Part shown: positions 47,009-58,300 of the stretch, one piece after another
Layout: each line of letters starts with the position of its first letter
Position numbering within the stretch: position 1 is the first letter of the stretch
Assembly (NCBI GenBank): GCA_963710755.1
Contig: CAVQBK010000003.1
Coordinates: 1,280,001 to 1,344,000, forward strand
Reading direction: 5' to 3'
Source: an uncultured bacterium
GTDB taxonomy: Bacteria > Oederibacteriota > JAAXVQ01 > JAUVAV01
DNA length: 64,000 bases
Notes under the pieces: model-generated
What the model saw: the letters and a program-made list of their open reading frames with translations, nothing else
What the model was told of the DNA's origin: nothing
Database searches by the model: none
Position numbers and translations under genes: made by a program

Positions 47009-47929
47009 ATGACTCAGGCCGCATCCAGTGATAATCAGATCCGTCTCAACCGTTATGTTGCAGAAACCGGCGTTTGTTCCCGCCGGGAAGCCGACCAATT
47101 GATCTTTGACGGGGTGGTGACGGTCAACGGTCAGGTGATCAGCGATCCTGGTTTTCGGCTTGACCGGAAAAAAGATGCAGTGAAAATCAAGGGTAAGCGT
47201 GCGTTTCTGCAACCCCTGACCTACCTGTTGCTCAACAAACCACAAGGCGTAGTCTCCACGGTGGATGATCCGGAAAATCGGCCGACGGTGATCCAACTCT
47301 TAAAAAAAATAAAAATACGAGTTTATCCGGTTGGGCGTCTGGACTTCAATACCTCCGGCGTATTATTGTTGACCAATGACGGGGACTTGGCCTTGAAATT
47401 AACGCATCCCCGCTACGGCTTTGAAAAGACCTATCAGGCCAAAGTGCAGGGCATTCCCACAGCACAGGCGTTGATGAAACTTGCCGACGGCGTACGCATT
47501 CCTTCGGCCCCCGGGAAGTTTGAAAAAACCATGCCCGCCCGGGCCCGGCTGTTAAAAGCCGCGGGTAAGCATGCGCTGCTAGAGATCACCTTGCGCGAAG
47601 GCCGGCAGCATCAAGTTAAAAAAATGTGCCAGGCCATCGGTCATCCGGTGGAAAAACTGATGCGGATTAAATTTGGCTTTCTCACGGCCAAAGGCCTTAA
47701 TCCCGGGCAATGGCGTTATCTGACCCCCGAGGAAATCAAAGGCATTAAGCACTATCAACCGGAACCGCTAACACCCAAGAGTGTCGCTGCCAAGTCCGGC
47801 CGTTTGCACAGGCATCCCGGAACCCCTTTGAATACCAAATCCCACCGTAAGGTTGGACCGGCCCGGCGCCGCTCAAATTCAAGCCCGGCCGGCAGCAGAA
47901 AGAAAAAAACTACACCAGGTAAGCGGTGA
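47009..47929 (+). CDS. rluB: rRNA pseudouridine synthase (RluB/RsuA family)
   Basis: S4 domain RLNRYVA..GVCSRREAD, LNKP.G, YPVGRLD..TSG.LLLTNDG, EGRQHQV. Confidence 0.88.
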   Translation: MTQAASSDNQIRLNRYVAETGVCSRREADQLIFDGVVTVNGQVISDPGFRLDRKKDAVKIKGKRAFLQPLTYLLLNKPQGVVSTVDDPENRPTVIQLLKKIKIRVYPVGRLDFNTSGVLLLTNDGDLALKLTHPRYGFEKTYQAKVQGIPTAQALMKLADGVRIPSAPGKFEKTMPARARLLKAAGKHALLEITLREGRQHQVKKMCQAIGHPVEKLMRIKFGFLTAKGLNPGQWRYLTPEEIKGIKHYQPEPLTPKSVAAKSGRLHRHPGTPLNTKSHRKVGPARRRSNSSPAGSRKKKTTPGKR

Positions 47930-47946
47930 GCTCTTTCGTCTATTCT

Positions 47947-48086
47947 GAGATTGTGTCACAATGGGCTTTTTTCGTCATACCGGCGAAAGCCGGTATCCAA
48001 AGGCCGTGACTTTAAAGGCTTTTCTGGATCCTGTTTTGGAGCATAACCGCATGACGATCTGAAAAATAACCTTACGACACAGTCTC
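47947..48086. mobile_element. MITE-like element with IS-type terminal inverted repeats and an internal REP-like palindrome
   Basis: GAGATTGTGTCACAA / TTACGACACAGTCTC (12/15 IR); internal GTC-ATACCGGC-GAAA-GCCGGTAT-CCA ... TGGATCC ... ATGAC. Confidence 0.6.
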
Positions 48087-48161
48087 TGCAATTAAAGGGG
48101 ATTGTGTAGGGGCACGCCCGGTATTAACAAATGTCTTTGCGCAACAAGAACTGGTTAAACA

Positions 48162-48833
48162 ATGGTGACTAGCATGGATCCTTTTACTTCGTGGTTTGCA
48201 TTAATTAAAAGCAATGGTTTTATCTGGTACCTGCTGACCGCTCTGCTCATGGCCGGTTTGTTTTTTGACCACCTATTTAAAGGTTTTCAGGAATTGACCG
48301 GTCATGATGACGAATTGCTCAAGCAAAGCATAGCCCCGCCACAGGCCAAACCCAAAGCCGCCGTCTCGAATCACTTCGCGCGCTGGCGCATCAACCTTCA
48401 AGACATCGTGGTGGAACTCAAACATAGTACCAGTTGGAGTGCGCAAAAAGAGGGTCAAGCCCTCATGGTGGCTGCCCTCCTGAAAGCCTTAGCCTATGTC
48501 AAGCGCGTACCCCTTCCGGAAGGTAAGCTGGACACCGTGGCTGCTTTTGAGTCTTGGGTCAAAGCCCAGCAGGTTTTTATTATGGTGACCGGTGAAGAAG
48601 CGCAGCGGATCGCCAACCGTGGGCAAGTGGCCTTTGCGCTTTGTATGGGGCAGGAGCAGGAAGCATCCGCGGCTTTGGTCATTCCCGGGGAACTTTATCC
48701 GGGCACCGCTTTTGGAGCCAACAATCCCATGGTCCTCTGGCTGGGCCAGAATACCAGTATGGAACTGCAAGCAGCCGCGGCCTTTGACACGGCTTGTCCG
48801 CCTGAGTATTACGCAGTTAAAAACATGGAGTAA
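48162..48833 (+). CDS. Hypothetical protein with N-terminal TM helix
   Basis: 223-aa ORF, TAATG-coupled to the next gene. Confidence 0.65.
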   Translation: MVTSMDPFTSWFALIKSNGFIWYLLTALLMAGLFFDHLFKGFQELTGHDDELLKQSIAPPQAKPKAAVSNHFARWRINLQDIVVELKHSTSWSAQKEGQALMVAALLKALAYVKRVPLPEGKLDTVAAFESWVKAQQVFIMVTGEEAQRIANRGQVAFALCMGQEQEASAALVIPGELYPGTAFGANNPMVLWLGQNTSMELQAAAAFDTACPPEYYAVKNME

Positions 48834-49957
48834 TGAGTATGGCGGTCAAAGATGAATTAAAGGATTTTTTGAAATGGTACCAGGTGATCACGCCGGCCGT
48901 GCGAGCGCTTATCATGCTGCTGACGTTTGGCACCGTGCTGATTGTGGCCCATGCCTTGCCGGCTTTGGTGGGGCCCTTAGTGCTTTTCGGGTTTTGGACC
49001 CTGGTTACTTTGGAAAACCGTACCTTGTCTCTGCGCAGCCTGTTATTGGCGGCAGTGGCTGGATTGTTTGTTCTAATGCCTTTGTCCGGACTGGCCAGCG
49101 CTTTTTTATTGTGGTTAATCAACTCTTTTACCGCCAAAGTGTTTCTGGCTACGATGCTTGAAAATCTATGCTTACTGGCTGTGCTGATAGGCCTGATTTT
49201 ATGGCCGCGCAGCCGCCTGCGGATTAGTGCCAGTATTCTGGATTTTGCCATGCTGGGCTTGGCCTTGGGAGCTGGGCTGGAATGGGGCATTGGTTTTTTA
49301 AGCGCCCAGGGAATGGTCTTCATGGGCCCGGCGCTGGGCTTATGGCCTCAATTGCCGGGCATGGTAGGCCATGTCCATCAGCCCTTTGCTGCCACAGCAC
49401 CATCAACAGCGGGACTGCTTCTGGGGTTGCTGGCCGGCTATACACGTTACTTGAGTGGTCCTGACTTGAAGCTCAAATCCGTTAAAACCCTGGTGGCAGT
49501 AGGCCTGGCCTTGGTGGTTTTGCTGTGGATTGCCCTGGAGCGCGCGGCGGTGATGCAAAGCAGCTTGGATTCTACGGCGGCCTTGATTTACCGGATTGAT
49601 TTGAACGGGCGGCTGTTGGTGTACTTAACTTTTAGCCTGGCTGCTCTGACCATGGTGGTGGAATGGCTGCTCGTCAGCAGTCTGCCCGGCATGAATGATT
49701 TTACCGGCACCCTATCAGCTTATCACCAGGCTTGGCATCAAGGCAGCCAGACCACGGTGCGTACACGACTATCTAATATATTGCTTGTGGCCAGAAAACG
49801 GCGGATAGCAAGGCAAATCGCTTTGGCGGAGGACATTAAACCTTTGTTGGCCCCAAAGGATTTGACCTTGGCAGCAGAGCGGATCAGCCGGTTGCAGGCC
49901 ATTTCAAGCGGGAGGAGCAATCAAAGTGAACCTAGCCAAAATTCGCAAGGCCATTGA
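48833..49957 (+). CDS. Polytopic membrane protein, possibly a degenerate PrsW-like fold
   Basis: About 8-9 TM segments; LENLCLL and ILDFAMLGLALGAG. Confidence 0.6.
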   Translation: MSMAVKDELKDFLKWYQVITPAVRALIMLLTFGTVLIVAHALPALVGPLVLFGFWTLVTLENRTLSLRSLLLAAVAGLFVLMPLSGLASAFLLWLINSFTAKVFLATMLENLCLLAVLIGLILWPRSRLRISASILDFAMLGLALGAGLEWGIGFLSAQGMVFMGPALGLWPQLPGMVGHVHQPFAATAPSTAGLLLGLLAGYTRYLSGPDLKLKSVKTLVAVGLALVVLLWIALERAAVMQSSLDSTAALIYRIDLNGRLLVYLTFSLAALTMVVEWLLVSSLPGMNDFTGTLSAYHQAWHQGSQTTVRTRLSNILLVARKRRIARQIALAEDIKPLLAPKDLTLAAERISRLQAISSGRSNQSEPSQNSQGH

Positions 49958-51005
49958 CCGCATTGACACGCAGATCGTCACGCTGTTAAATAAGCGGGCT
50001 GAATTGGCGGTGGAAGTCTCCAAACAAAAACGTCGAACCAATGCCCCGGTCTTTGCGCCGGACCGGGAAAAATTGCTCCTGGAACGGCTGCGCAAAATAG
50101 GCCGGAGCGGTCCCTTGCCGGTGGAAGCACTGCAGGCCATCTACCGCGAGATTATTTCCGCTTCCATCGCCTTACAGATGCCGCAACGCATCGCCTTTTT
50201 CGGTCCTGAAGGCACCTTTACTCATCAGGCCGCGCTCGAACAGTTCGGATCCAGTCCCCATTATCTGCCTTCTAAAACTATTACGGATGTGTTTCGTGAA
50301 GTGGAGCGGGGCAGAGTCGATTATGGAGTGGTGCCAATTGAAAATTCCACGGAGGGTGTTGTCAACCACACTCTGGATATGTTTATTGACAGTGAAGTCA
50401 AGATCTGTGCGGAAATTTCCCTGCGCATTGCTCAGAATCTTTTGTCACGGGAACACCATCGCAGGTTGGTCACCAAAATCTACAGCCATCCCCAGCCGCT
50501 GGGGCAATGCCGTTTATGGTTGGAAGGCAATATGCCGGAAGTGAAAATTGAGGAAGTCTCCTCCACGGCCAAAGCCGCGCTGATGGCCTTGAAGACCAAG
50601 GGCAGTGCGGCCATTGCCTCCAAAATTGCCGCCCGGCTCTATGGATTGAAGATCCTGGAAAAGGATATTGCCGATACCAAGGATAACCGTACCCGCTTTT
50701 TGGTGATTGGCAATCATTGGGCAGCCAATGCCACAGGCCATGACAAGACTTCGGTCATGCTGGCCATCAAAGACAGCGTGGGCGCTTTGCACAAAATCCT
50801 GCGGCCCTTTTCCAACAATCACGTTAATCTGACCAGCATTGAATCCAGGCCGTCTCGTCAGAAAGCCTGGAATTATACTTTTTTTATTGATTGCGAAGGG
50901 CATATTAATGACCTTAACGTTAAAAAAGCCCTGAAAGCCTTAAAGCCCAAAACCTCCTTTTTAAAAGTTCTCGGGTCCTATCCACGGGGGGAGCAAAAAG
51001 CATGA
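49926..51005 (+). CDS. pheA: Chorismate mutase / prephenate dehydratase
   Basis: RKAIDRID..IV.LLNKRA, GPEGTFT, VPIENSTEG, YSHPQ, NRTRF, IESRP. Confidence 0.96.
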   Translation: MNLAKIRKAIDRIDTQIVTLLNKRAELAVEVSKQKRRTNAPVFAPDREKLLLERLRKIGRSGPLPVEALQAIYREIISASIALQMPQRIAFFGPEGTFTHQAALEQFGSSPHYLPSKTITDVFREVERGRVDYGVVPIENSTEGVVNHTLDMFIDSEVKICAEISLRIAQNLLSREHHRRLVTKIYSHPQPLGQCRLWLEGNMPEVKIEEVSSTAKAALMALKTKGSAAIASKIAARLYGLKILEKDIADTKDNRTRFLVIGNHWAANATGHDKTSVMLAIKDSVGALHKILRPFSNNHVNLTSIESRPSRQKAWNYTFFIDCEGHINDLNVKKALKALKPKTSFLKVLGSYPRGEQKA

Positions 51006-52105
51006 CCTTCAAGTTGACTTTTCGTCAAGGCGTGGAAAAAATGGTGCCCTACCAGCCGGGCAAACCGGCTGAGGAAGTGGAGCGAGAACTGGGGATCAAG
51101 CATGCCCTTAAATTGGCCAGTAATGAAAATCCTTATGGGCCATCGCCATTGGTGAAAAAACGGCTTAAAGAGGCCGTGGCCAAGCTGGCCGTTTATCCCG
51201 ACGGCAGTGGATATGGGCTCAGGCAGCGATTGGCACGGAAATTAAAATGCCACCCCCAGGAGATTATTCTGGGTAATGGCTCCAATGAATTACTGGTGTT
51301 GCTGGGCATGGCCATGCTCAACAAAGGCGACCATGTGGTGACCTCGCAAATGAGTTTTGTGGTTTATCCCAAAGTGGCGCAGTTGATGCAAGCCCGGTTG
51401 ACCATGGTACCCATGCGTGCATTTACCTTTGAATTGGACGGGTTACTCAAAGCCATTACACCTAAAACCAAATTAATTTTTATCGCCAACCCCAACAATC
51501 CCACAGGCACAGCCCTGACGCCGAAGGCGCTGGAAACCTTTATTCAAAAAGTACCCAAGCAAGTACTGGTGGTGCTCGATGAAGCTTATCAGGAATATGC
51601 TGACAAATCTTATCAAGGTGCCAGCCTGAAATGGGTCAACCATTACGGTAATGTGGCGGTGCTGCGCACCTTTTCCAAGGCTTATGGCCTGGCGGGCTTG
51701 CGTCTGGGTTATGGCGTGGTGGCGCCGGAAGTTGCTCAGGCTGTAGAGCGGGTTCGGGAACCCTTTAATGTCAACAGCCTGGCCCAAGTAGCCGGCCTGG
51801 CGGCCTTGGAAGATGAAGCCTTCATGCGGCAAACCGTAGCTGTGGCGCGAAAAGAACGGCAACGGGTGGGCAAAGTGCTGAGCTCATGGGGCTTGACCGT
51901 GGTGCCTTCGCAGACCAATTTTCTTTTCGTTGACCTTTCCCAAGGTCCTGTGGCCACATCCTGGACAGGGCAGGCCTTTTTCGAAGCTTTAATGCAGCAA
52001 GGCGTTATTGTCCGGCCTATGCCAGGCCCTTATGTGCGCATTACCCTCGGTAAACCCAAAGAAAACGACCACCTGGTGGCGGCCATGGCTCATCTAATTA
52101 AATAA
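51002..52105 (+). CDS. hisC: Histidinol-phosphate / aromatic aminotransferase
   Basis: YQPGKP, KLASNENP, GNGSNE, ANPNNPTG, DEAY, RTFSKAYGLAGLRLGY. Confidence 0.95.
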   Translation: MTFKLTFRQGVEKMVPYQPGKPAEEVERELGIKHALKLASNENPYGPSPLVKKRLKEAVAKLAVYPDGSGYGLRQRLARKLKCHPQEIILGNGSNELLVLLGMAMLNKGDHVVTSQMSFVVYPKVAQLMQARLTMVPMRAFTFELDGLLKAITPKTKLIFIANPNNPTGTALTPKALETFIQKVPKQVLVVLDEAYQEYADKSYQGASLKWVNHYGNVAVLRTFSKAYGLAGLRLGYGVVAPEVAQAVERVREPFNVNSLAQVAGLAALEDEAFMRQTVAVARKERQRVGKVLSSWGLTVVPSQTNFLFVDLSQGPVATSWTGQAFFEALMQQGVIVRPMPGPYVRITLGKPKENDHLVAAMAHLIK

Positions 52106-52263
52106 AAATAATCAATTTAAAAGAATAATATATCAAACCCTCGCCTCGTGAATTTTTTCTGGTTTATCGTGCCTTTCTTGGAAAATGGTGCCAACCTTCT
52201 GTTTCAAAATATTACTTTTTCAAGGAAACAATTTAAAAACAAGCGTTTTTAGCTATCCTCATT

Positions 52264-52292
52264 TTGACTTATGGCTCCGGCAACGGTATCAT
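52264..52292 (+). promoter_or_regulatory. Sigma70 promoter of the giant-protein gene
   Basis: TTGACT-17 bp-TATCAT, followed by AGGAG and ATG 52332. Confidence 0.65.
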
Positions 52293-52331
52293 TTAACCAG
52301 GCTGAAAGCCATGGCGTTCAAGAGGAGTACC

Positions 52332-55300
52332 ATGACCAAAAAATTTCGGGGCAAGACTTTTTTTTATCATTCCTACCGTAAACTAACTCAAGTGATCAGC
52401 CTGGGCGTGGCGGTTTCCTTTTTATTGCCATTTTTAACTTGGGCCTTTGAAACGCCTAATTATTTTGCATCTCATCCTGGTATGGTGCAGCTTTCCGGCA
52501 AACCTCTGATCATCCCCGCCACCTTGGGCCGCATAACCAAGGTTTCTTCCGGCAGTGCTAAAACCATCATTCATATCGAGGATTTGCACTGCAACTATGA
52601 CGTGCAAATGAACATCGCCAAAATGATTGCCTATCTGGCCAAGACCCATCACCTTAGCTTGGTGGGAGAAGAGGGCGCTTCTTATACGATCAATACAGCC
52701 AAACTCAGCAGCTTCCCCGACTACGAGGCGCGCCGCGATGTGGCGGACTACCTGGTGAGGCAGGGCAAATTGACAGGCGCTGAATATGGTGCCGCCGTAG
52801 GTGACGTGCCCATCCGGCTTGAAGGCATTGAAACCCCGGCTTTGTATAAGGCGGCCCATGAACAAGTGAGCGCTTTTTTCAATCATCAGTCCCAGGGGTA
52901 CTGCTATGACCTGAAGGACATGCTTGATCAATTAAAACCCCTGGTCTATAACCGCGCTTTGAAAGCCTTGGATAAAAAAACCATGGCTTACCGGGAAGGC
53001 AGGCTGGAGCTGGTCAGTTATGCGGACGTGCTCTTGCGGCAGGCCCGGCGCTACCATCTGGAGCCTGCGCATGGGTTGTTATTGCAGGAATTGGTTAACG
53101 GCAAGCAAGGGTTGGATCAGGATCAGGTGGTGAATCAATTAGCCCTGCTGGAGCGCCGTGTACGTGAACAGCTATATACCACGGCACAACAGCAGGAGCT
53201 TGACCAGGCTTATCACCGTTTGGATGTCATTCAGAAATTGCTGAACATTTCCGCCACACCCGAAGAACTGAAGGATTTTCGCGATCATCGTCAAAACTTT
53301 CGCGTGGCCGCGTTCTTGAATTTTATCCAGACTACCGGCGGGTCAACCGCTTCCTCGTTGACACTGGATGCGGATCTTTACCATTTGGACCACTATCTGG
53401 ACCGGGTGGGCCGCTTTTATGACTTGGCTGATCAGCGCAGCGAGGCGTTTGTGGCCAACCTAAATAACAAAATGGATCGCTACCACCAGTCCCTGGCGGT
53501 GATGATTACCGGCGGTTTTCATACGGATAAAGTGTTGACGGAGCTGAGGCGCCGGGGCGTGACTTGCATCTCCGTCAAACCCCGGGTGACCGACCAGGAT
53601 GTGGTCAATCCTTATTTTGCACTGCTGCAAAACCAGCGCCTGCCTTTGGAAAAGCTGTTGGCTCAAAACCAGGACATCCTGGCTTTGCCCACCGAATGCC
53701 CGGATTTAAACGGCGTTGACGGCCATCAGGTGGTAGCGCAGCAATCCCTTAGCAACCGGGTGAGGGTGGCGGAACGGTTCAAAGAGTTGTTGCTCAAGGC
53801 CCGGTTACTGGCCCGGCTGATAAAAAAGAACTCCACGCACTGGCAAGAGATACCCGCAACCATGGCGGCTGAATTGAAGGATTACCTTGCCAATGGCACG
53901 CTGACTCTGGCTGCCCGGCAATTTTTAGAGGATAATGTCCATTTGAACAATGCCGGCAAGCCGTCGCTGGCGGTTCTGCCATTCCAAGATGGTGATCGGT
54001 CCATTAGCAGTATGGCCATTCTCGACCCCGAATTGATGGCCGGCCGAACCCAACATGAACTGCAACGCCTGCGGCTGGGGCAGACGAACTATCTGTTTTA
54101 CAGTGATGCCAACCGGACCCTGGAAGCTTTAAACGCCCTGCTTAAACAACAATCGCAGCGTCCTCTATATTTTCTCCTTCCGCCGGGCGTGCATCTGAAA
54201 GACTTTTTCGGATGGCCCGGGGTGCTGGTGGATTTAATGATTAGGGTTATCCGCTGGTTTGATGAAGATAAACCCCGGCAACCGGTGCTGGACCGTATCA
54301 AACCATGGTTGCATAGCCTGCCTAAAATGGAGTTGACTTGGATGGCTGCGGCGGGATCACCCTGGCTGATGCCGGTAGTTTTGATGACGGCATCAAATGG
54401 TGAAAAAGGGGAGACCAAAGGAACTGGCCAAAGTACGCAGGCGCAGGATAAAGAAGACCTGATTGAAACCCTGACACGCACCATCAGGCTTTATCCCAAA
54501 GAGCTGATACACTCGCGCGACCTTAAGCTGGATTCATGGGACAGTAAGAATTATCATTTCGAAGAAATGGATTCCAATACAGGATGGGGTCATTGGGTTT
54601 CTAACCATTTTCCGGATTTGGTATTGGGGACGTGGGAGGACGTTGAGAAGAAATATAGTTATACCCACCAAAAAATGATCAGACATGTTGTCGAACGTTT
54701 TCGGAACAGGAACGGTTCCGTGGTTAGCTTTTATTATTTTGACGACCACGCCTATTCCGTGCCCTATGCAATGGAAGCTGTGGTGCGGGGGGAGGTTCCC
54801 GAAAAAGGGAATACCCAGTTGTTTTTGGACGAGCATTATGATTTTGCCGATGTGCCTGCGATGACCCGGCATTTTAAAGTGCCCCAAAATCTGGCGGAAT
54901 GGTTATCCAATATCAACCAGTATATCTACATGAATAATCTGAATTGGATTTTTAGCGCGGCCGGTTTTTTGAAAAAACATATTTGGCTTTATGATACCTC
55001 ATCCAGGAATGAGCCATTCCGCCAATCCCAAGAAACCGTTAAAGAAGAGGAAAAAGCGGTGCGGGACAACAGGCTGAAATATGTTAAGAGCGGCTTTGAA
55101 CATTACTTTCACTATGCCCGCCGGCCGCGGCAGCAGAAAATAATAGTCAACATCGACACTGATGTCATAGGCGATATGCTCGGGGTGGGAGATGTTCATT
55201 ATCCCGCAAGAACCCGACCCTATGCCGCCTTAAGATACCTCTCTGACTTCCTTCGGCAGCTAACCTTGCAAGACAAAAATACCGTTGGAACATTTCATGC

Positions 55301-58300
55301 CAGCACCACCTTTGACCAAATAACTTATGGTGACGTTGAAATTGTCCGTTTCCTGGCGCGGGTGGCGCCGGTGTTGCTGCTTCTTCCCAAACAGGAAAAT
55401 GAACAAGCCTTGACGGAGGCTGTACACAAAGTTGCCGAAGAACATGCGCCGCATGTGCAAGTGAATTTGGAGCGAGGTGTTTTGACGGAGTCAAAACAAG
55501 AGCCCATGCTTTTCAATATTATTCATAGCCTTTTGGCCGCCCTGGGCAGCGCCGGCTTGGTTTTGATACCCCTGCTGATGGGCGCCCCACATTGGTTGGG
55601 ACTCGCAAGCTGGAGTATGGCGTTGGTCTTTGCTTTGCACGGCTTAACGGGACACCTGATTATGGGCGCCTCCATGGAAAAGATTAATACCGCATGGCGG
55701 AATCGGATTCAGCGCTATTTTGGCCCCGACGTAAAAATTGAATACCTGAATACAGCGGCCTTGCATGCCAAAACAGAGGAATTTTTAACCGCATCAGCAG
55801 CTGCGTCCGACAAGCCTGCGGTTTTAAGTTGGTGGCAGTGGGGGCTGATTCCCTGGACCAGTGCGGTCACTGATGTTGCCAGCCGCACGGTTTATTTGCA
55901 TCAAGGCTGGGTGTCCGATGAGCTTGGCCTGGGCTTAAAACTCCTACGCTTGATCATGTTGCCGCTCACCTTGGTTCACGAAGCATCGGCTCTATGGCTG
56001 AACGATCACTTGGCGGTCAAAGCCATGCCCGGTTGGGTACAAACCGTAGGGCGTTATATGCTGCGGCCCCTGCAGATGGCCACCCTTTATCCCTACTGGA
56101 AACTTTTAATAGTGAAGAAAAGAGGGTTAGAAACCGCTTCATCAGCGATAGATGATAAGGATTTACAAACGAACAAACAGGATATTAATGCCAAGATCAA
56201 AGCACAATTGGACGCGATGTATGCAGCACACACCAATTGGACCTTGGACCTTAAGCATTGGCAAATGCGGGAAGTTGCAACAGGTCCTGACCAAACCATT
56301 ACGATCCATTACATGACCATTCCCAATCCTTTACGTCCCAAGGATAGACAATATGACATCACCCTTGAGGCATTGACTGAAGAAGGGGATTTTCCTAATG
56401 CATGCAAAATCACAACCAAAGATCCTTTTACCAACCAAATACTGGAGGCCACTTTTCAATTAACGCGGCGGGCCGGTCAAAAAAAGATTTCCATATCGCA
56501 TCTTTCCAGGCCTCTCCAATCAGGGGTTGGTACAGGGGTAATGTTCTTTTTATCCCAGGCTATTGGCAAGGAACAGGAACCGGGTTGGACCTTTCAGGTT
56601 GATCAGATGATGTTCAAACCCATTCTTACCCTGATGCGGACCTTTTTTAAGCAAATCAAAATCCACGGGGCCTCCGTGGCCAATCGTGATTTTGAGACCT
56701 ATTTAGAAAGTGAATTTTATAATAAAGCTCTTAGTGGAAGCCCCAAGTCCCCCGATGAAATTGTTAGGGATCAATTGGCTGACTTGGATACCATTGAGGG
56801 TGCTGTATTGGAGCGCTTGGGCTGGAAAGAAAAGACCGCAGAAAAACGACAGTTGGCCGATCAGTTTGCAGGAATTATGCAGTATAAAAATGAAAGTGAT
56901 GCCATGGGACGCAAGAATTTTCGGAATATTGCCCTGGCAAGGGTCCTGGCCTATTTTAAGATGTATTATGCCGACCATCCTGAGGAAAAACAGGAATATG
57001 TTCATGAATGGGTGAAATTGTTGAATGAACAGTTCAAAGACTTGCCCCGGTTGGTTTATTACGACCTTATCGGGAAGTTGGCTGAAGCAGCAGTTGGCAA
57101 AGCCAAAAATGGTAACCCCTTTGTGGATCTAAACGACTTGGATTTCCGGATATGGTCTAGCCGGACCCGGGCCTTTAGGCAAAAGCTTTTGAGTTCCACA
57201 GTGATAATTCTCATCGTGATTAGCTTGGTCGGCCTGGCGGCTTATAGCCTTGAGCCTGTCTTGAAAGAGCACATGATTGTTCAAGAAATTTTACATCATC
57301 TAGTTGAATGGGGCAGCCTACTGTCAACGGCTCTGGCCGGGACGATCAAAGAAACTTCGACGACTAACAATCATCCCGGTGCGATGGGCAGGTTTGCGGT
57401 AAGAAGCATCACGATTCTTAAACCACAAGGCACCACCATCAGCTCGGAAGAGTTGGCCGCGCTATTAGGCGAAGAAGCGCCTGCCACCAAGGAAGGAAAA
57501 GTTGTTTCTTTGCCTGAGATTGCCGTTACAGGACATATGATTAACCGCCAAGGCCGGGCAGAACCACAACAAGAGATCAAGTGCCGTGTGGCTTTACGCG
57601 CCATACTGTCGGCTGAAAAAGAAAAGGTAGCGGCGATTGTAGAAAAACTCAAACTGATCGTTGAACACAAGCGGGAATGGTTTGGAGATGACAAAGAAGT
57701 TTTAAAGGCCATGATCAGCCAAGCTGAAACCTTGCTGGAAAACAAGCAAACCAACCCCGATCTCTCCTCTGGGCTGCAGGGGTTTTATACTATGGATAAG
57801 GTGACAGTGGTCAAAGGACCGAAGAATGCAGTTTTTGCCGGTCTGGGCTTGGAGCATGCCATACTTTTAGATAAATGGTTGTTTGATAATCCGGACGTGC
57901 TGGAAGCAGCTTTACTGCACGAGTTGGGTGAATCCTTGCAAGATCCCAGAGTAGGCCACGTGTTCTTGCGCGGCTTGGGTAAAAAAGCGCGCCTAGCCAA
58001 GACAGGTGAGCTTTCTTCGGAAAACATCGGCTTTGTGGGCCGCATTCTAGGGAATAACCGCCAGGAGCAGTTAACGCAATGGCTGGCCCGTAGCCGCCCA
58101 GCACCACCAGGCAAACAAACTGCCTACGGTAACATTCTAACCGGGGATGAAAAGGATGCGCTTGCGGCCCTATATCCCCAAAAAGGGGAAAGTAAAAAGC
58201 GGAAAACAAAAGATACTAAAAAAGCTAGTGAACCCTCAACGAAAGATAATGAATCAAAAAATCGCAAAACACCTTCACAGACAAAGGGTAACAAAGACCA

